A stretch of 64,000 nt of DNA. Origin: Bigelowiella natans CCMP2755 (Eukaryota > Protista > Cercozoa). The first letter of the stretch is position 1. The number at the start of each line of letters is the position of its first letter. Shown here one piece after another: positions 13,410 through 24,992 of the stretch. The position numbers and the translations under genes are program-made. The notes under the pieces were generated by a model. That model was not told the origin of the DNA and did not search any database. It worked only from the letters and a program-made list of their open reading frames with translations. Location of the stretch: NCBI GenBank assembly GCA_000320545.1, contig ADNK01003343.1, forward strand, positions 1 through 64,000, in the 5' to 3' direction.

Positions 13410-16400
13410 TCATCGCTTTCGGAACTTCACCAACCACCAGGTAATAGATTCCTCTCTAACCTTATCTCCTTTGTCGCTTACCCAGAACTCACCTTCGTCC
13501 TTAGGTTCGTGTCCATACCAGCCCTCTGCATCAAGGTCCCCCAGGACCTTATACCAGTGCTCAAAGGGTAAGTCGGGAACAGCTAGGTAGAGTAGCTGAT
13601 ATTTTCCGTCCTTTATTTTCATAGCTACCCTCTCCATATTTCGTAATCCAGGGTAGCCTAGATAGACAATCTTCATGCGCCAATCGTCGTTCACCCTGAC
13701 CTTATTGTTTCCATATTCCACATCGAACTTAGGTCGGGGTCCTAAACAAGGCATTGCTCGCTCCCACACAGTAGGGTTTACTTTAACATCCTCTAGGAGC
13801 TTCTCACCGATATCATAATTCTTTAGGTGACTGATGTGGCGCAAGGTGACCCTGTTCCCATCATAGATGTAGTACTGCTTCCTCCCCTTCCTCTCGGTAA
13901 CCTTTGCAACGCCACCCCAGAAGGGGTCTTGTTTATTTCTCGATCTCAGATTTACCTTGGCCCTAACATACTGTCCTTCCTTTAGAACTCGGCCATCGTA
14001 CGGGACCTTCTCGTCTTCGCTCTCGGTATCGTCGTCGTTGTCGTCGCCTTCTTCCCTCTCCTTATCCTTGATACCTCCCCCAGACGTGAAGGTGTCGTTT
14101 ACTAACCCTTGTATCTTGTCTGGTGTGGTGCTATTTATCCTGCTTAGGTTGGCCAAGGTGCGGTGGAGTCGCTCTACCTTGGAGTTGGACTGGGCATAGT
14201 ATACAGGTGAGGCATCAATATTAGGGTGTGGTAGCTGTAGAAGAGAGGTCTCATTATCCACATGTAACTTCTTTGGTATCTTGTTTATGCTAACTTCATC
14301 AGGGATAGCCTGGAGCTCAGACTCCCAGGTACGGTAGCAGTTAGTAAGCCTCTGCTTATATAAGCCTTTGTTCTTCTTAGCAACGTTGACCTTGATAATC
14401 TTTTTAACCCAGCACTTTCCAGTGGCCACATCAACGAAGGTAAGGTAGTGATAGCCATCGTACTTATAAACATCAATTTGCACGATATCTAAGAAGTTCC
14501 TTGCTTTGATTTTCTTAGATGCACGGCTCTTGCTGGACTCCTTGGTGGCGACGCCTGCCGCCTTCAAGCTGGAGCACCTGCAGCCACGCAGGTATGTCCT
14601 TATCTCTTTTAGCTTGTAGGGCCAGTAGTAATGGTAGAGTAGAGCAGTGATATGGTTTTCTCCTACGTGTGCAGGTCCATGGGCGGTAAAGAGAAGGGCT
14701 CCCCTGGTCCGCCGTGGCACGTAGGTACGCCTAACATTATTAGTGTATACATATATCCTATCACTAAGTACCTCATGCTTGTGTTTGTATTTATCCAGGT
14801 GTTCTTGAAGGTGCTGGAGCTCCTCTGGCTCAGGCAGGAAGTCGCCGTCCTCGAAGGTAATCGCGTTAACCATAGGGGTGACCTGGGTAGGGACTTTCTT
14901 TTCGAACAGCCTGCTGAAATAGTCAGCAAGCTGCTTGTCTCCTGGTGCGTAGACCACTGTCCTCTTGTCCCTAAACTCTTCCGTGTCCGCCCTCATAGCT
15001 GCATACTCATCGTTAGGCGCTTCGAGCTTGCGGTCGATGCCTAGGAGGGGCTTGTGGTCAGTCATTAAGGTGAAGCTGGGCACCGACAGCAGGTAGTATC
15101 TTAGTTTCCTCTGCGCCTCAGTCATGGCTTTATACTCTCCTTTTGTAGGGCTGTACTTGGCCTCAGCTGCTGTGCAGGCCCTGCCCCACACCCGTATGAT
15201 CTGCTGGTCTTGGGTAAGTACAGCAGCCATACCTAGCTTAGACCAGTCTGTCCATAGGGTAGCTGGTCTAGTAGTGTCTAGCTTAGCATTCAATAGGGTG
15301 TTGCTGCATAACTTTATTAGGTTATCGAAGTGGGCATCAAGGCCAGCCTTGGCCCACACCTTAGCGAAGCTGAGGCCTACAGAGTTCTCCTTCCGGTAAG
15401 CAGTAGTAAAAGCAGCTGCAGTCCTAGCGTAGGTAGGGGAGAACCTACGTAGTATCCAAGCTGCAGTCTGCAAGAATGACTTTAACTCCTTTGCATTCTT
15501 AGGTTTAGGGGCTTGCTGTAGTGCTGCTACTTTCTCGGGGTTTGGGGTGATGCGGCCTTGCTCCAGGTAATATCCACACCACTTGATTCTTGTAGCTAGG
15601 AATGTACACTTCTGCAGTCTAATAGTAAAACCGAAGTGTGCAAACCTAATAAATATATTTTCCAGGAGGAAGATCTGAGCGACGACTGTGTTGGTACATA
15701 TTATGTCATCATCCACATACACAAACACAAACACCCACAACACAGACGCCATCCCATCATGTGTGTATGCCCTGTAGTTCTGACTACTGAACGCATCCCC
15801 TGATATGCTTAGGCCGTAAGGGAATACGACGAAGTGCCACTTCCTGTGCCTGCTGGAGAACGCGGTAATGGGGCGGGAGGTTTTGTGGATGGGTGTCTGC
15901 ATGTATGATTCATTTTTATCTAGGGAAGAGTAGTATTTGTATCCTATGACGTGTTCAATAACGTCATCTATCCTTGGTGTAGGTGTCTGGATCCTCTTTA
16001 TTACTCGGTTGTGGCGGATGAAGTTGTGCGCCAGGCGGAAGAAAGGGTAAGTAGGTTTCTTAGCTAGCACATGTCTCACGTTCCATGGTGAGTTGCTTGG
16101 CTCTATCTTCCCTTCCTTTGCCCATTCATTGATCTGCCACTCTATCTTTTCCCAGTCCGCTTCCGGTCGCCTATGTTCTGGGTCATTGATGATGCACTCT
16201 TCGTATCCCTTCTTTAGCTCGATCTTTACTGGGGTAAGCTTGCTGGAGGGCTTCGTCGTCGGCTTGGTGATGTCAGAGTACTTCTCGTTTAATATTTTAT
16301 TAATGTACTTTTTGCCTTTGTCGATATCCCAATCATCAGCTGGGGGGGTCTTGTCCAGTAGCTCCGTTATCTGTCGGATGGTCTTGCCGGGGTTCTTCTT

Positions 16401-18383
16401 CCGTAGCTCGGTAGGTGTAGGTAGCTTGTTGTCCGCTAGGTCCATAAACTCTAACGCATTAACGCTTGACTCAGAGGTCCACTCGTCAAGCCGTATCATG
16501 TTCTGGCTGATGGTCCTGCCTGACTTCTTTGGCAACTTAGCAAAGTATATCTTGTGATTGTAGAATGATATGATCCCCCCTAATTTTTCTAGGGCATCCT
16601 GTCCGAGGAGTAGTTCCATGGATAAAGTCATGGCTACTCGGGTCTTGATTTGGGTCTCCGCGTCGCTGCCAGGTATCTGTAGCTTTAGCATTAGCTCACC
16701 GACGGTCTTCATGGAAGAGCTTCCGTCTGCTTGAGCATATTTACGTTCTTTCTTAGTCACTTGATCCAATAGTCCTAACCTTCTTACTGTGCTTAGGCTT
16801 ATGAAGGACTTCGGCATGCTGCCACTATCCCAAAGGGCAGGTAGTTTCTTGTAGTCTCCGTAGCTGTCTTTAACTTTAACCTTGGTCATAGCAACTTTGA
16901 TAGTCCTGTTAGCGTCTTCGTCATTAATGTTGCATACTCCTAAGTTCTTTATGTCGTCTAGGGTCATGGGCTTGTCTTGGTCCTGCGTTGCTGGTACTGC
17001 TGTCTTCGTCGGCGCCTGCTTAAGGTGATCTAATATTCCGTTTATCTGCTGCTGTATAGCATTGATACTGTTCTGCTTTTTGTTCTTATATTTATTGTTC
17101 TTCCCGTTGTTGCTGCCTTGCCATTTGCTGTTGTTATATCCTTGTCCTCTGCCTTTCTTTCTCTTTAACTTCTCGTAGTGTTCGTTGAGCTGCCTGATCG
17201 TCATCCTGGGTCGTCCTTCTTTCCTGTCTCTGCAGTCTTTAGCGGTGTGTTTCCCTTTACGTGAGCAGTATCCGCAACGTCGGTTACCTTCCCTGTCCTT
17301 GTACCAGTCTCGCTGCGGCTTAATAGCGTTAATGTTTCCTATGCCAGGTACCTTAGGGCTGGTAAACTTGCGGTCCTGCTCCTGCTCGCGTAGGGATATA
17401 GCCTGCACTGCTGCCTCCATCGTGGTGTAGCCTTTCTCCGTAACGTAAGTGGATTCCTTTATCTTTAACTTGAACTCTTCAAACCTTGCCTGATCATCAC
17501 CTGTGTTGTAATTAAAATCATGTAGTTCGTCGATCATATCCTGGAAGCGCGTGGCAAAGTCTCTAACAGGTTCTCTCTCATGCTGCATCATTGCTCTGTA
17601 TTTTCTAATAGCCTGGGGTAGGGAGTTAGCATCCTGTTCATTTACAAAAGCCTTCATTATCGCCTCAACGTCTCGTAGCCCACTAACTGTAGTGTGTATT
17701 TTCTCTAGCTGCCTGATCCGGGTCCTGCCTGTCTCGTAAAGGTCCATGGCTTGCTTTATTATAGCTAGCCATTTGAGCTTGTCGTTTTCGGTGGGGTTAG
17801 GGGTAAAGTCGCAGAGTATACTCCTAGCGTTCTTCCACCACCTCCTTGCCTCACCTCTTTTCCCGTTGTATTTCGTTATCATAACCGGTGCTGTTTTAAC
17901 AGACATGAACTGGGTGTTCCGCTGTACCGGCTGCTGCTGCTTGACGGTGCTCTGGGTCGTCCCCCGCGAGGCGCCCAGACCCCCGTCGTTCCTAAACAAA
18001 GCTGCCCACTCTGGAGGTAAGTCTGCTTCGTAATCCATGATGTCCTGCATGATAGCTGCCCAAACATCATGTGTCTGATACTTGTATTCTATCGATACTT
18101 TCAGTTTGGCGTAGTTGCTCGCCCTGGGTCGCAAGGCTCGTAATGCCATTACGACCTTCTTGCTTTCGGCGGCCACGTCCTCGTCGTCCGCCTCGTAGAA
18201 GTTCTCCAGTGCCTCTGCTGCTGCATCTGCTTTCTTAATCCCGGGTGCTGGTCCCGGCGGTGCCTGTGGAGGTGTTCCTCCTCCTTCCTTAGCGTCCGTA
18301 TCGCCCTTCCTTTCCTGTTTCTGCTCGTGCCCTTGCACGGCCTGCGAGCCAAAGTCCTGCTGTTCTTCTAGCTGCTGTGACAT
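13410..18383 (-). CDS. Gypsy Gag-Pol polyprotein (1657 aa): Gag, Zn knuckle, protease, RT, RNase H, integrase, C-terminal Dam-like domain
   Basis: CGYCSRKGKHTAKDC; LWDSGS; PYGL and YVDD; TDWSKLGMAAVL and TDHKPL; H-x4-H...CRC; IVQID, HVDNE, KVER. Domain order PR-RT-RH-IN defines Gypsy. Confidence 0.96.
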   Translation of the reverse strand: MSQQLEEQQDFGSQAVQGHEQKQERKGDTDAKEGGGTPPQAPPGPAPGIKKADAAAEALENFYEADDEDVAAESKKVVMALRALRPRASNYAKLKVSIEYKYQTHDVWAAIMQDIMDYEADLPPEWAALFRNDGGLGASRGTTQSTVKQQQPVQRNTQFMSVKTAPVMITKYNGKRGEARRWWKNARSILCDFTPNPTENDKLKWLAIIKQAMDLYETGRTRIRQLEKIHTTVSGLRDVEAIMKAFVNEQDANSLPQAIRKYRAMMQHEREPVRDFATRFQDMIDELHDFNYNTGDDQARFEEFKLKIKESTYVTEKGYTTMEAAVQAISLREQEQDRKFTSPKVPGIGNINAIKPQRDWYKDREGNRRCGYCSRKGKHTAKDCRDRKEGRPRMTIRQLNEHYEKLKRKKGRGQGYNNSKWQGSNNGKNNKYKNKKQNSINAIQQQINGILDHLKQAPTKTAVPATQDQDKPMTLDDIKNLGVCNINDEDANRTIKVAMTKVKVKDSYGDYKKLPALWDSGSMPKSFISLSTVRRLGLLDQVTKKERKYAQADGSSSMKTVGELMLKLQIPGSDAETQIKTRVAMTLSMELLLGQDALEKLGGIISFYNHKIYFAKLPKKSGRTISQNMIRLDEWTSESSVNALEFMDLADNKLPTPTELRKKNPGKTIRQITELLDKTPPADDWDIDKGKKYINKILNEKYSDITKPTTKPSSKLTPVKIELKKGYEECIINDPEHRRPEADWEKIEWQINEWAKEGKIEPSNSPWNVRHVLAKKPTYPFFRLAHNFIRHNRVIKRIQTPTPRIDDVIEHVIGYKYYSSLDKNESYMQTPIHKTSRPITAFSSRHRKWHFVVFPYGLSISGDAFSSQNYRAYTHDGMASVLWVFVFVYVDDDIICTNTVVAQIFLLENIFIRFAHFGFTIRLQKCTFLATRIKWCGYYLEQGRITPNPEKVAALQQAPKPKNAKELKSFLQTAAWILRRFSPTYARTAAAFTTAYRKENSVGLSFAKVWAKAGLDAHFDNLIKLCSNTLLNAKLDTTRPATLWTDWSKLGMAAVLTQDQQIIRVWGRACTAAEAKYSPTKGEYKAMTEAQRKLRYYLLSVPSFTLMTDHKPLLGIDRKLEAPNDEYAAMRADTEEFRDKRTVVYAPGDKQLADYFSRLFEKKVPTQVTPMVNAITFEDGDFLPEPEELQHLQEHLDKYKHKHEVLSDRIYVYTNNVRRTYVPRRTRGALLFTAHGPAHVGENHITALLYHYYWPYKLKEIRTYLRGCRCSSLKAAGVATKESSKSRASKKIKARNFLDIVQIDVYKYDGYHYLTFVDVATGKCWVKKIIKVNVAKKNKGLYKQRLTNCYRTWESELQAIPDEVSINKIPKKLHVDNETSLLQLPHPNIDASPVYYAQSNSKVERLHRTLANLSRINSTTPDKIQGLVNDTFTSGGGIKDKEREEGDDNDDDTESEDEKVPYDGRVLKEGQYVRAKVNLRSRNKQDPFWGGVAKVTERKGRKQYYIYDGNRVTLRHISHLKNYDIGEKLLEDVKVNPTVWERAMPCLGPRPKFDVEYGNNKVRVNDDWRMKIVYLGYPGLRNMERVAMKIKDGKYQLLYLAVPDLPFEHWYKVLGDLDAEGWYGHEPKDEGEFWVSDKGDKVREESITWWLVKFRKR

Positions 18384-18422
18384 TGTTAGTCAAATCGTTT
18401 CCCGTGTGTGGAAGCCAAAGGT

Positions 18423-18748
18423 TGTTGCGCGTAAGGTGTTCACAGGCCGAGGCGCTACGTGCACAAGTAGGCAGGGGGGGGGAAAGGCACGTTTGCTTCC
18501 TTTTGAAGAGTTGTGTTTATTTTTATTAAAGATTATATTTTTATTAAATCGTGCACTGCGTAATCATTCGCGAAGCTTTCGCGAATGCCGCCGCACGTGG
18601 GGCAGCACACTTCCGGTGTGCTGCCATGAGTCCCGCCGGAACCCACGTGCCTATGCTGTATTAATATCTACGTTATCTATATTCTATATCCGCGACAACC
18701 CCTTTGTTGTCGCACGTGACTTGTGCCCGCGTAGTGGTACGCGCTACA
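18423..18748 (-). repeat. 5' LTR of Gypsy copy 1
   Basis: Direct repeat of 13033-13358, adjacent to the PBS. Confidence 0.95.
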
Positions 18749-19370
18749 AGCGATGAATCGAAACCAGCTGGCCAGCCTCAAGCATGCGAGAGTGGCGTGT
18801 GCAACGTCTTGAGCGTGTTGCACTCATCAGTTGGCACGATGATCTTGTCTGTCAAAGCTGTCATTGAAAACACTTGATCAATTCAGCCACCAGCACAGGA
18901 GTGCCAGCTGCCCTCACCACGCACACTGTCCACGCTGCAGCATGCCAGCTAATCAGCATGTGCAGTCTAGCAGTGCTAGAGTGGGTCGAGTATGTCTCTG
19001 CCGTCGTCGATCAGTGCTGCAATTGAGCTGAAGAATGCCCACCTTTTTGGCTGTGTGATTCTGACGTTTTGTGCCGTCTAGCCGTGTTCACTGAGTGAGA
19101 AAGTTGCACAGACATGTGCCAGCATTGCTAGATTGCATTGTCCATCATGTCCTTTTCATCCCGCTGCACAGCCACATGCTATGATGCAAACTTGATGATG
19201 CAATGATGCGAGCCACATGCATCATGATGATGGCACACAGCCGATCACACTGTGCTCGCGCGTGCATGTGCGTGCTGGCATGCGCTAGTGCGGCTTGTGT
19301 AGCCTGTCAATCATTCAGATTTTGGTGTGTGCGTGCTTGCTAGCTTGTAGTCGTCCGCAGTCGTCTTGCA
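18749..19370. other. TpA-depleted island 2, right part
   Basis: 11 TA in about 620 bp, 10 of them in CTA or TAG context. Confidence 0.8.
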
Positions 19371-19418
19371 TTCTATCCTATAATTTCAATCCGATTTTTC
19401 CATCAAGTATGTCCGGCA

Positions 19419-19593
19419 CTAATGTGGCAACGGTTCCTTCGTGTTCCCAAGCCTCGAAAGGTACAGGTAAGCGTGTGTCCCATAACCTTCCATGGACACT
19501 ACATTTATGTCACCTCCAAAATATCTGAAAATATGTACAAAACCACCACAATTTCATTCCCATACAGTAGGATATATAATTTTAAGAGTTCTT

Positions 19594-19632
<39 letters not shown>

Positions 19633-20320
19633 CGCTCGCATTTTCTCTTTATTTTGTTTCTCTTTTTTCAGAGAAAGCAGTACGATGCGTCTCTCAGTCT
19701 CTCTCTCTGTGTCTCTTTCTCTATGTGTATGTGCGTTGATTTGTTTAAAATCTCCATTCGCGTACTAAGAAATCAAGGACTAATGTCCGGTCAAGGAAAT
19801 TGTGTGGCAGAAACAAAATCCTCGACGTTTTTATGTAGATCTCCAACAGTATTTTAACACACGAAACACGCATAATCGTGAACATTGATATGAGACGGGA
19901 AGATTGTCCTGTGCATCATAGGTACCTTGCATATAACTTACTGAGAGGCAGTCCATAGCCAAAGCCAGCCATTGGCGCATTACGGATCCCGCCTAACCGG
20001 GGAAGGAAGAAAATAAATGCAAACATTTCAGTAGAAAGAATGCTTGCAGCGTTATTATCACCATCACAACTCTTCTTCTTCCTAATGATCGCTTCGTCTG
20101 TTTTTCTCCTGCACGAATAGTATCGGTCGTCGTCATTTGTTTATACCTTTCATCTCCATGTCCGCTTCCTTCGGCCTCTCTGCGGTGGTGTACATGTAGT
20201 TCCAGATGTTGGCCATCTGGTCGCGTGGGATTCCGCCTCCTGAAATTCATATTGATCGTATTTATCATCCATATAACGAGCATAAGAAGATAGGGACAAG
20301 GAGACGTACCATGGTGGTTA

Positions 20321-20387
<67 letters not shown>

Positions 20388-20690
20388 CGCGCGTGTGTTC
20401 TTAGACTGTAAATGGGTGTGTAATACAACAGTGTCAACCTTGATCAGAGATTCGAATATGGAAATCAGTTTCACCAGCAGCAACTGTTAGCTCAATTTCC
20501 GGCAATTCCTCTTGGCTGTCGATGTTTGAAAAGGCACATCATGCATAACCTCGTACATGTGTTAGAAACCCACGGCCAACAGCGACAACACCTTGGGTAG
20601 AAGTCCAATGAGGGAGACCTCGTGTGACCACCATTATCTGTGAAATTAACAAGTACAAATGCGCACATACATGAGAGAAAGAGGCAGATG

Positions 20691-20728
<38 letters not shown>

Positions 20729-22722
20729 AGATTTAACGGCGAGCAGTAACTTACCATGGTTTACTACGGCTGCAGGAGCGTGCCTCTCCACCACAGCTCG
20801 CATCGCTGAAAGGAACAGAACCGGTTCGTGCAAAAAGGATCAAGTTGAGGACAATAGACGAGGGAGGGGGAGAGGGATGGAGTGAGGCGAGAAAGACACA
20901 CCGTTTTTGAGGAGCTCATGCAGCATATGGTGGAGATGGCCAGGAACATACCTGACAGAATATGATCATGATGATTAGACACACACACACACACAAGCAC
21001 ACACAAACACACACACACACTTAGAAATAGGAAGAGAGAATGAGAATATTGAGAGGGAATCGTGTCCCGACTGTGCTAATGTTGGCACTACGGTATGCGT
21101 TCTCGAACGTCTCCCCTCACGATGACTTCAGGAGCGATCCCGTACTTTGCCTGAGAATCACAGTAATGACAACGATGACGATGATAATGATGGTGATGAT
21201 GATGTGATGCCCATGAATCTACTAAAGCATCATCATTAGGCTAGGATGGGGAAAGTAAAATTAAACTCACCTCACATATTTGCGAAGCGTGTGCAACCGC
21301 GCCCTGCCATCAGCAACGCAAATAAATAAGTGAAATTCGCGAGAGAGAAGGGGGGGGGGGGGGGGGGGAAGAAACGTTACATCCCTCACCTTTGCTTCTT
21401 CTCCAGGACAAACAGCTTCCCCGAGAATACCTATGAATCCTGGGGCTGGCTCGTGCATCGCTACATGCTGACAAAGAGAGGAGGGAGGGGTTGGAGAGTC
21501 TAAAAGGGATGCACATTCGTATGTGTGTGTGTGTGTGTGATATCTAATGTTCCTCATAGCTAGTATCTATGCACCAGCAACTCACATGACCTGCGAAAGC
21601 AGCATTCGTACACCAATACGCGACAAGAAGAAGCGATCCAAGAAGTCCTTCATTATAAGCAGCGGCAAATGGCGTGATTTAATTCAGTTGGATTTCTCAA
21701 TGCTGTTCCATGTTGGAGCTATGCTTTTGGTTCATCACATCACATTGTCATAACTATTATGGCAAGTGGCAAGTATTTTTCCATTAACAAAAAAGAAAGG
21801 CAAGCAATGAAGAGCCATCAGGTGCTGCGAAAGGCGAAGACATGAAGATACCTGGAGAAATGGGCACTGGCTCACCTCTTCATTCCCTGCGAAGGCATGC
21901 AATTACATCATTAGCTTGAACATACTAGCCCCCCAACAAAGTATCGAGATGAATCAATCATACTACCCATCTGCTCCTTCAGCATCAAAATTCCCTGCGA
22001 CATCGTTGGAACTGCACAGCAAGATCGTAACGACAGGCACTAAATCAAACGAATCGCAATGCAGCTCTCATGTACATAATTTCGACCTACGGCACTGTGC
22101 CGCTGGAGAATTTTCTCGAGGCATTCCGTGAACTTGTGTTCCTACAACGGGTTCCCGAAAAAACAACAGCTAATTCGACGTGTTACTACTTGCTCTAAAA
22201 CTTAGCCATGTATCACCTCGGCTGGTGTTTGTGGCATTCGCATGCTGACAAGGTCGTTAAAAGAACGCTCGTACCACTTCTGAACCTATTTTCGACATTG
22301 TGTTATGCATTAGCTACGTGAGATCAGTTCCGACCATCCGCATCCCCTCTCCCCCCCCCTGCCGAACGGATCAAACCTTTCGAACGGGGGGGAACTCGGA
22401 AAGACCGTATGGCATTTTTTGGAGCTCATTGATGCGTCTAGCCAGTCGAACTGGAAGCTCCGTATGAAGCATCTGAGCGTTCTCAATGAGAGACCTTTCC
22501 ATGTCGCTCGCGCGGCCTACTTCCATCATCTCCGCTAGGGTTATACCTGAAGAATCTACCGTGAGTCTGCTGGCAAAAGGAAGGAGCAGCACCAAGCATC
22601 TTCCTCTCGCGACAGCAAGGAGTGAACGTGTGTGCCCCACCCCTCTGCGGCCGGTCGCAGAAGATCTGCAGCTGCTGGTTCATGACAGAGGAGCCAAGAT
22701 GCCGCCTGAAGATTCTCCTCAT
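19419..22722 (-). CDS. PDK: Mitochondrial pyruvate dehydrogenase kinase (BCKDK/PDK family), multi-exon
   Basis: Arg-rich presequence MRRIFRRHLGSS; LHTELPVRLARRINELQKMPYGL; ELLKN-type N-box (~20910); ISDQG; APMAGFGYGLPLSKLYAR|YFGGD...SMEGYGTHAYLYL. Confidence 0.92.
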
Positions 22723-22918
22723 CCTCCAGCCTTTCCTTCCTTCCGAGAGTGGCTTGGAGAAGAGAGGGATGGGAGAGTGGTGTACTCACGTGGGTGGGTA
22801 TGTCGCTTATTTTCCATCAAAAAGGCATGCGTTTCATTGCTGCGACAACGAATTATTACAAACCAAAACAGAAATTACGTGGTACTACCACACGCGAGGG
22901 GCACCGTGGCCACAGCAG

Positions 22919-22957
<39 letters not shown>

Positions 22958-22995
22958 GCGCGCGCACGCACGCAGCCAAGTGCAGAGGATAGACA

Positions 22996-24992
22996 ATGGC
23001 CTCCCTCCCCTGCCGCAGGAGCGGAGATGGCGGCGAAAGGGGCAAGGGGAGACGGCGTTCTTTACTGCAGGCACTGATTTTGCTCGCAACTCTCCCGACA
23101 CAAACACGATCTGCTGCTGCTGCTGCTGCTTCTCCGAGGGCCTTTTCAAGACTGAGAGTTCAGTTAATGGCTCTTCCCCACGGGAGGGGGGGGACTCGAA
23201 CAGGCTCAGCAGCGTGCTTTGCTAAGGTCGGGAGCGGCTGTCGACCAAGACGTCAGTTCGCCCATGATCATGAATGACTTTCTTGTTGTGTTTATTTTTC
23301 AAAAGGCGGATGACGTTTACGAGTTTCCTGAGATGCGGGTCGACAAGTTGCTATCAACATTTGGCCTGTCCACACGTAGTAGGGTGGGTTCTTAATGCTT
23401 CGCTGCACTGCCAACCTTGACACCACCGGCAGCACAACGACTGTTTGGCATGATAGATCATCCACAGCAGATAATTGTTCAGAACGAATACGAATGTCGA
23501 TATAGCTCTCAGCAAAGAATCATCTCTGATATGTCTGCCTCTCGATCAGAGCAAACAGTTCGCGAAAGACTTTGGAATTAGCACAGTGGAGGACCCGGAA
23601 AAGTTCCTAGTACCTAACAGCCGTGTTTTACCTTCTACTGTTCTTATTGGTGGGGAACCTTTGCCATACCCGCGCCCTCTTCACATCATGCTGTACAAGC
23701 CAGGTCAGTGTTAATGCTGGATGATAGGAAAAGATACAGCCGGACTCATCGCTATTCATTCATGCTGCATGTTTTGTTTACCGTTGCTTCGACGATATAC
23801 AGAGGGATACGTCTGCTCACACAAGGAAGATCCCTCAATTTACTCCTTGCTTCCTGGCGACTTTGACCTGCGAAGTCCAAAGCTAGTCTCAGCTGGTGCG
23901 TAATTGTTAGGGAATTATGCTAAGAATGTCCAAGTGGTATCACGAAGCGTTGTGCGAGGCAAAATTTGCAATTAGTGTTGTGCTGAAGGCGCTGCTTTCT
24001 TTCTTCTTCTCCGCTTCATTTCTGATAACTAAGGCGTGCCACAACCACTTTTTTGTTACGCTGTCCAACTGGCCCGAATCTATAAATAATTATCAGCATC
24101 ACCCTTATCGTCGTCGTCATCATCACCATCATCATCATCATCATCATCATCATCTTGATTAGGGAGGTTAGATCAGATGGCCTCAGGCATTCTAATTCTT
24201 TCGCAAAACGGCCGGATAATACAACGCCTCATCTCCCCAAAGTACAACACAGATCGCAAATGTGTTGACATGAGACAAAATATCGTCGCTACAGGATGCT
24301 CCCTTTTACAGCTTTCTTTGGTAAGTTCCATTTTCAATTTCTGCATTTATTTCAAGCAATGTTGTCATCGTCATGACATTATACATAATATATATATATA
24401 TATATATATGTATGAATACATATTTTTTTGTATGTAATCTTTTAGGCATCACCTTGAGAAGCAGTATCTTGTAGAGGTGAGTTCCGACTTGGATCTGGAC
24501 ACCAAGAAGGAGCAGACTGCTTTTGCTGATGGTGAGTGGCTTTCGCAGATGCTTTCTATGTCGGGTGCCGATTTTTTTTTTATAATTGCCGGTGATGATG
24601 CGGCATCAGGAAATATTGCCATCCGCAATCGCAAGACGAATGAATTGGAACGATGCAGTCCCGCGCGTCTTGAGTACATCGGGCCGAGAACGGCTCGCGT
24701 GTGGTTGGCAGAAGGGCGATATCATCAGCTTCGAAGGATGTTCGCGGCGTTAGACAACGAGGTGGTTCTTGAGAATGATGATGGTGGCATAACTGGACAC
24801 TAATTACCCATGTTTGTGCACCATGCGATTGTGGAATCTTTAATGACATGCGTGCAACTTATATACTGATGCGCGCAGGTTGTCGGGATCCACAGAGAAA
24901 GTGTTGGTCCCATTCAGCTGGATTCGGGTTTAGAGCCGGGCGAGTGGAGAGAACTCACTGAGCAAGAGATCCAAACCATTTTGCCGGAGTGA
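22996..24992 (+). CDS. RsuA/RluB-family RNA pseudouridine synthase with N-terminal targeting extension, multi-exon
   Basis: MRVDKLLS (S4-like); MLYKP|GYVCS; catalytic G|RLD split by an intron; SGILILSQNG; LAEGRYHQLRRMFAA; IHRESVGPIQLDSGLEPGEWREL*. Confidence 0.88.

Larger units (their letters stand above)
13033..18748 (-). mobile_element. Ty3/Gypsy LTR retrotransposon, copy 1 (full length, 5716 bp)
   Basis: 326-bp LTRs at 13033-13358 and 18423-18748 (TG...CA). 4-bp TSD AGCG at 13029-13032 and 18749-18752. PBS TGGCTTCCACACACGGG next to the 5' LTR, purine tract before the 3' LTR, single gag-pol ORF. Confidence 0.97.

Noticed and set aside
13410-18383. Idea that the Gypsy ORF avoids mutable TA contexts
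   Set aside because: TAT/TAC/ATA/GTA are plentiful in the ORF. No avoidance is visible by eye.
18406-18756. 116-133 aa ORFs recurring at four places (MWKPKVVARK..., LLPFEELCLF...)
   Set aside because: Antisense translations of the Gypsy LTR. They recur only because the LTR is repeated.
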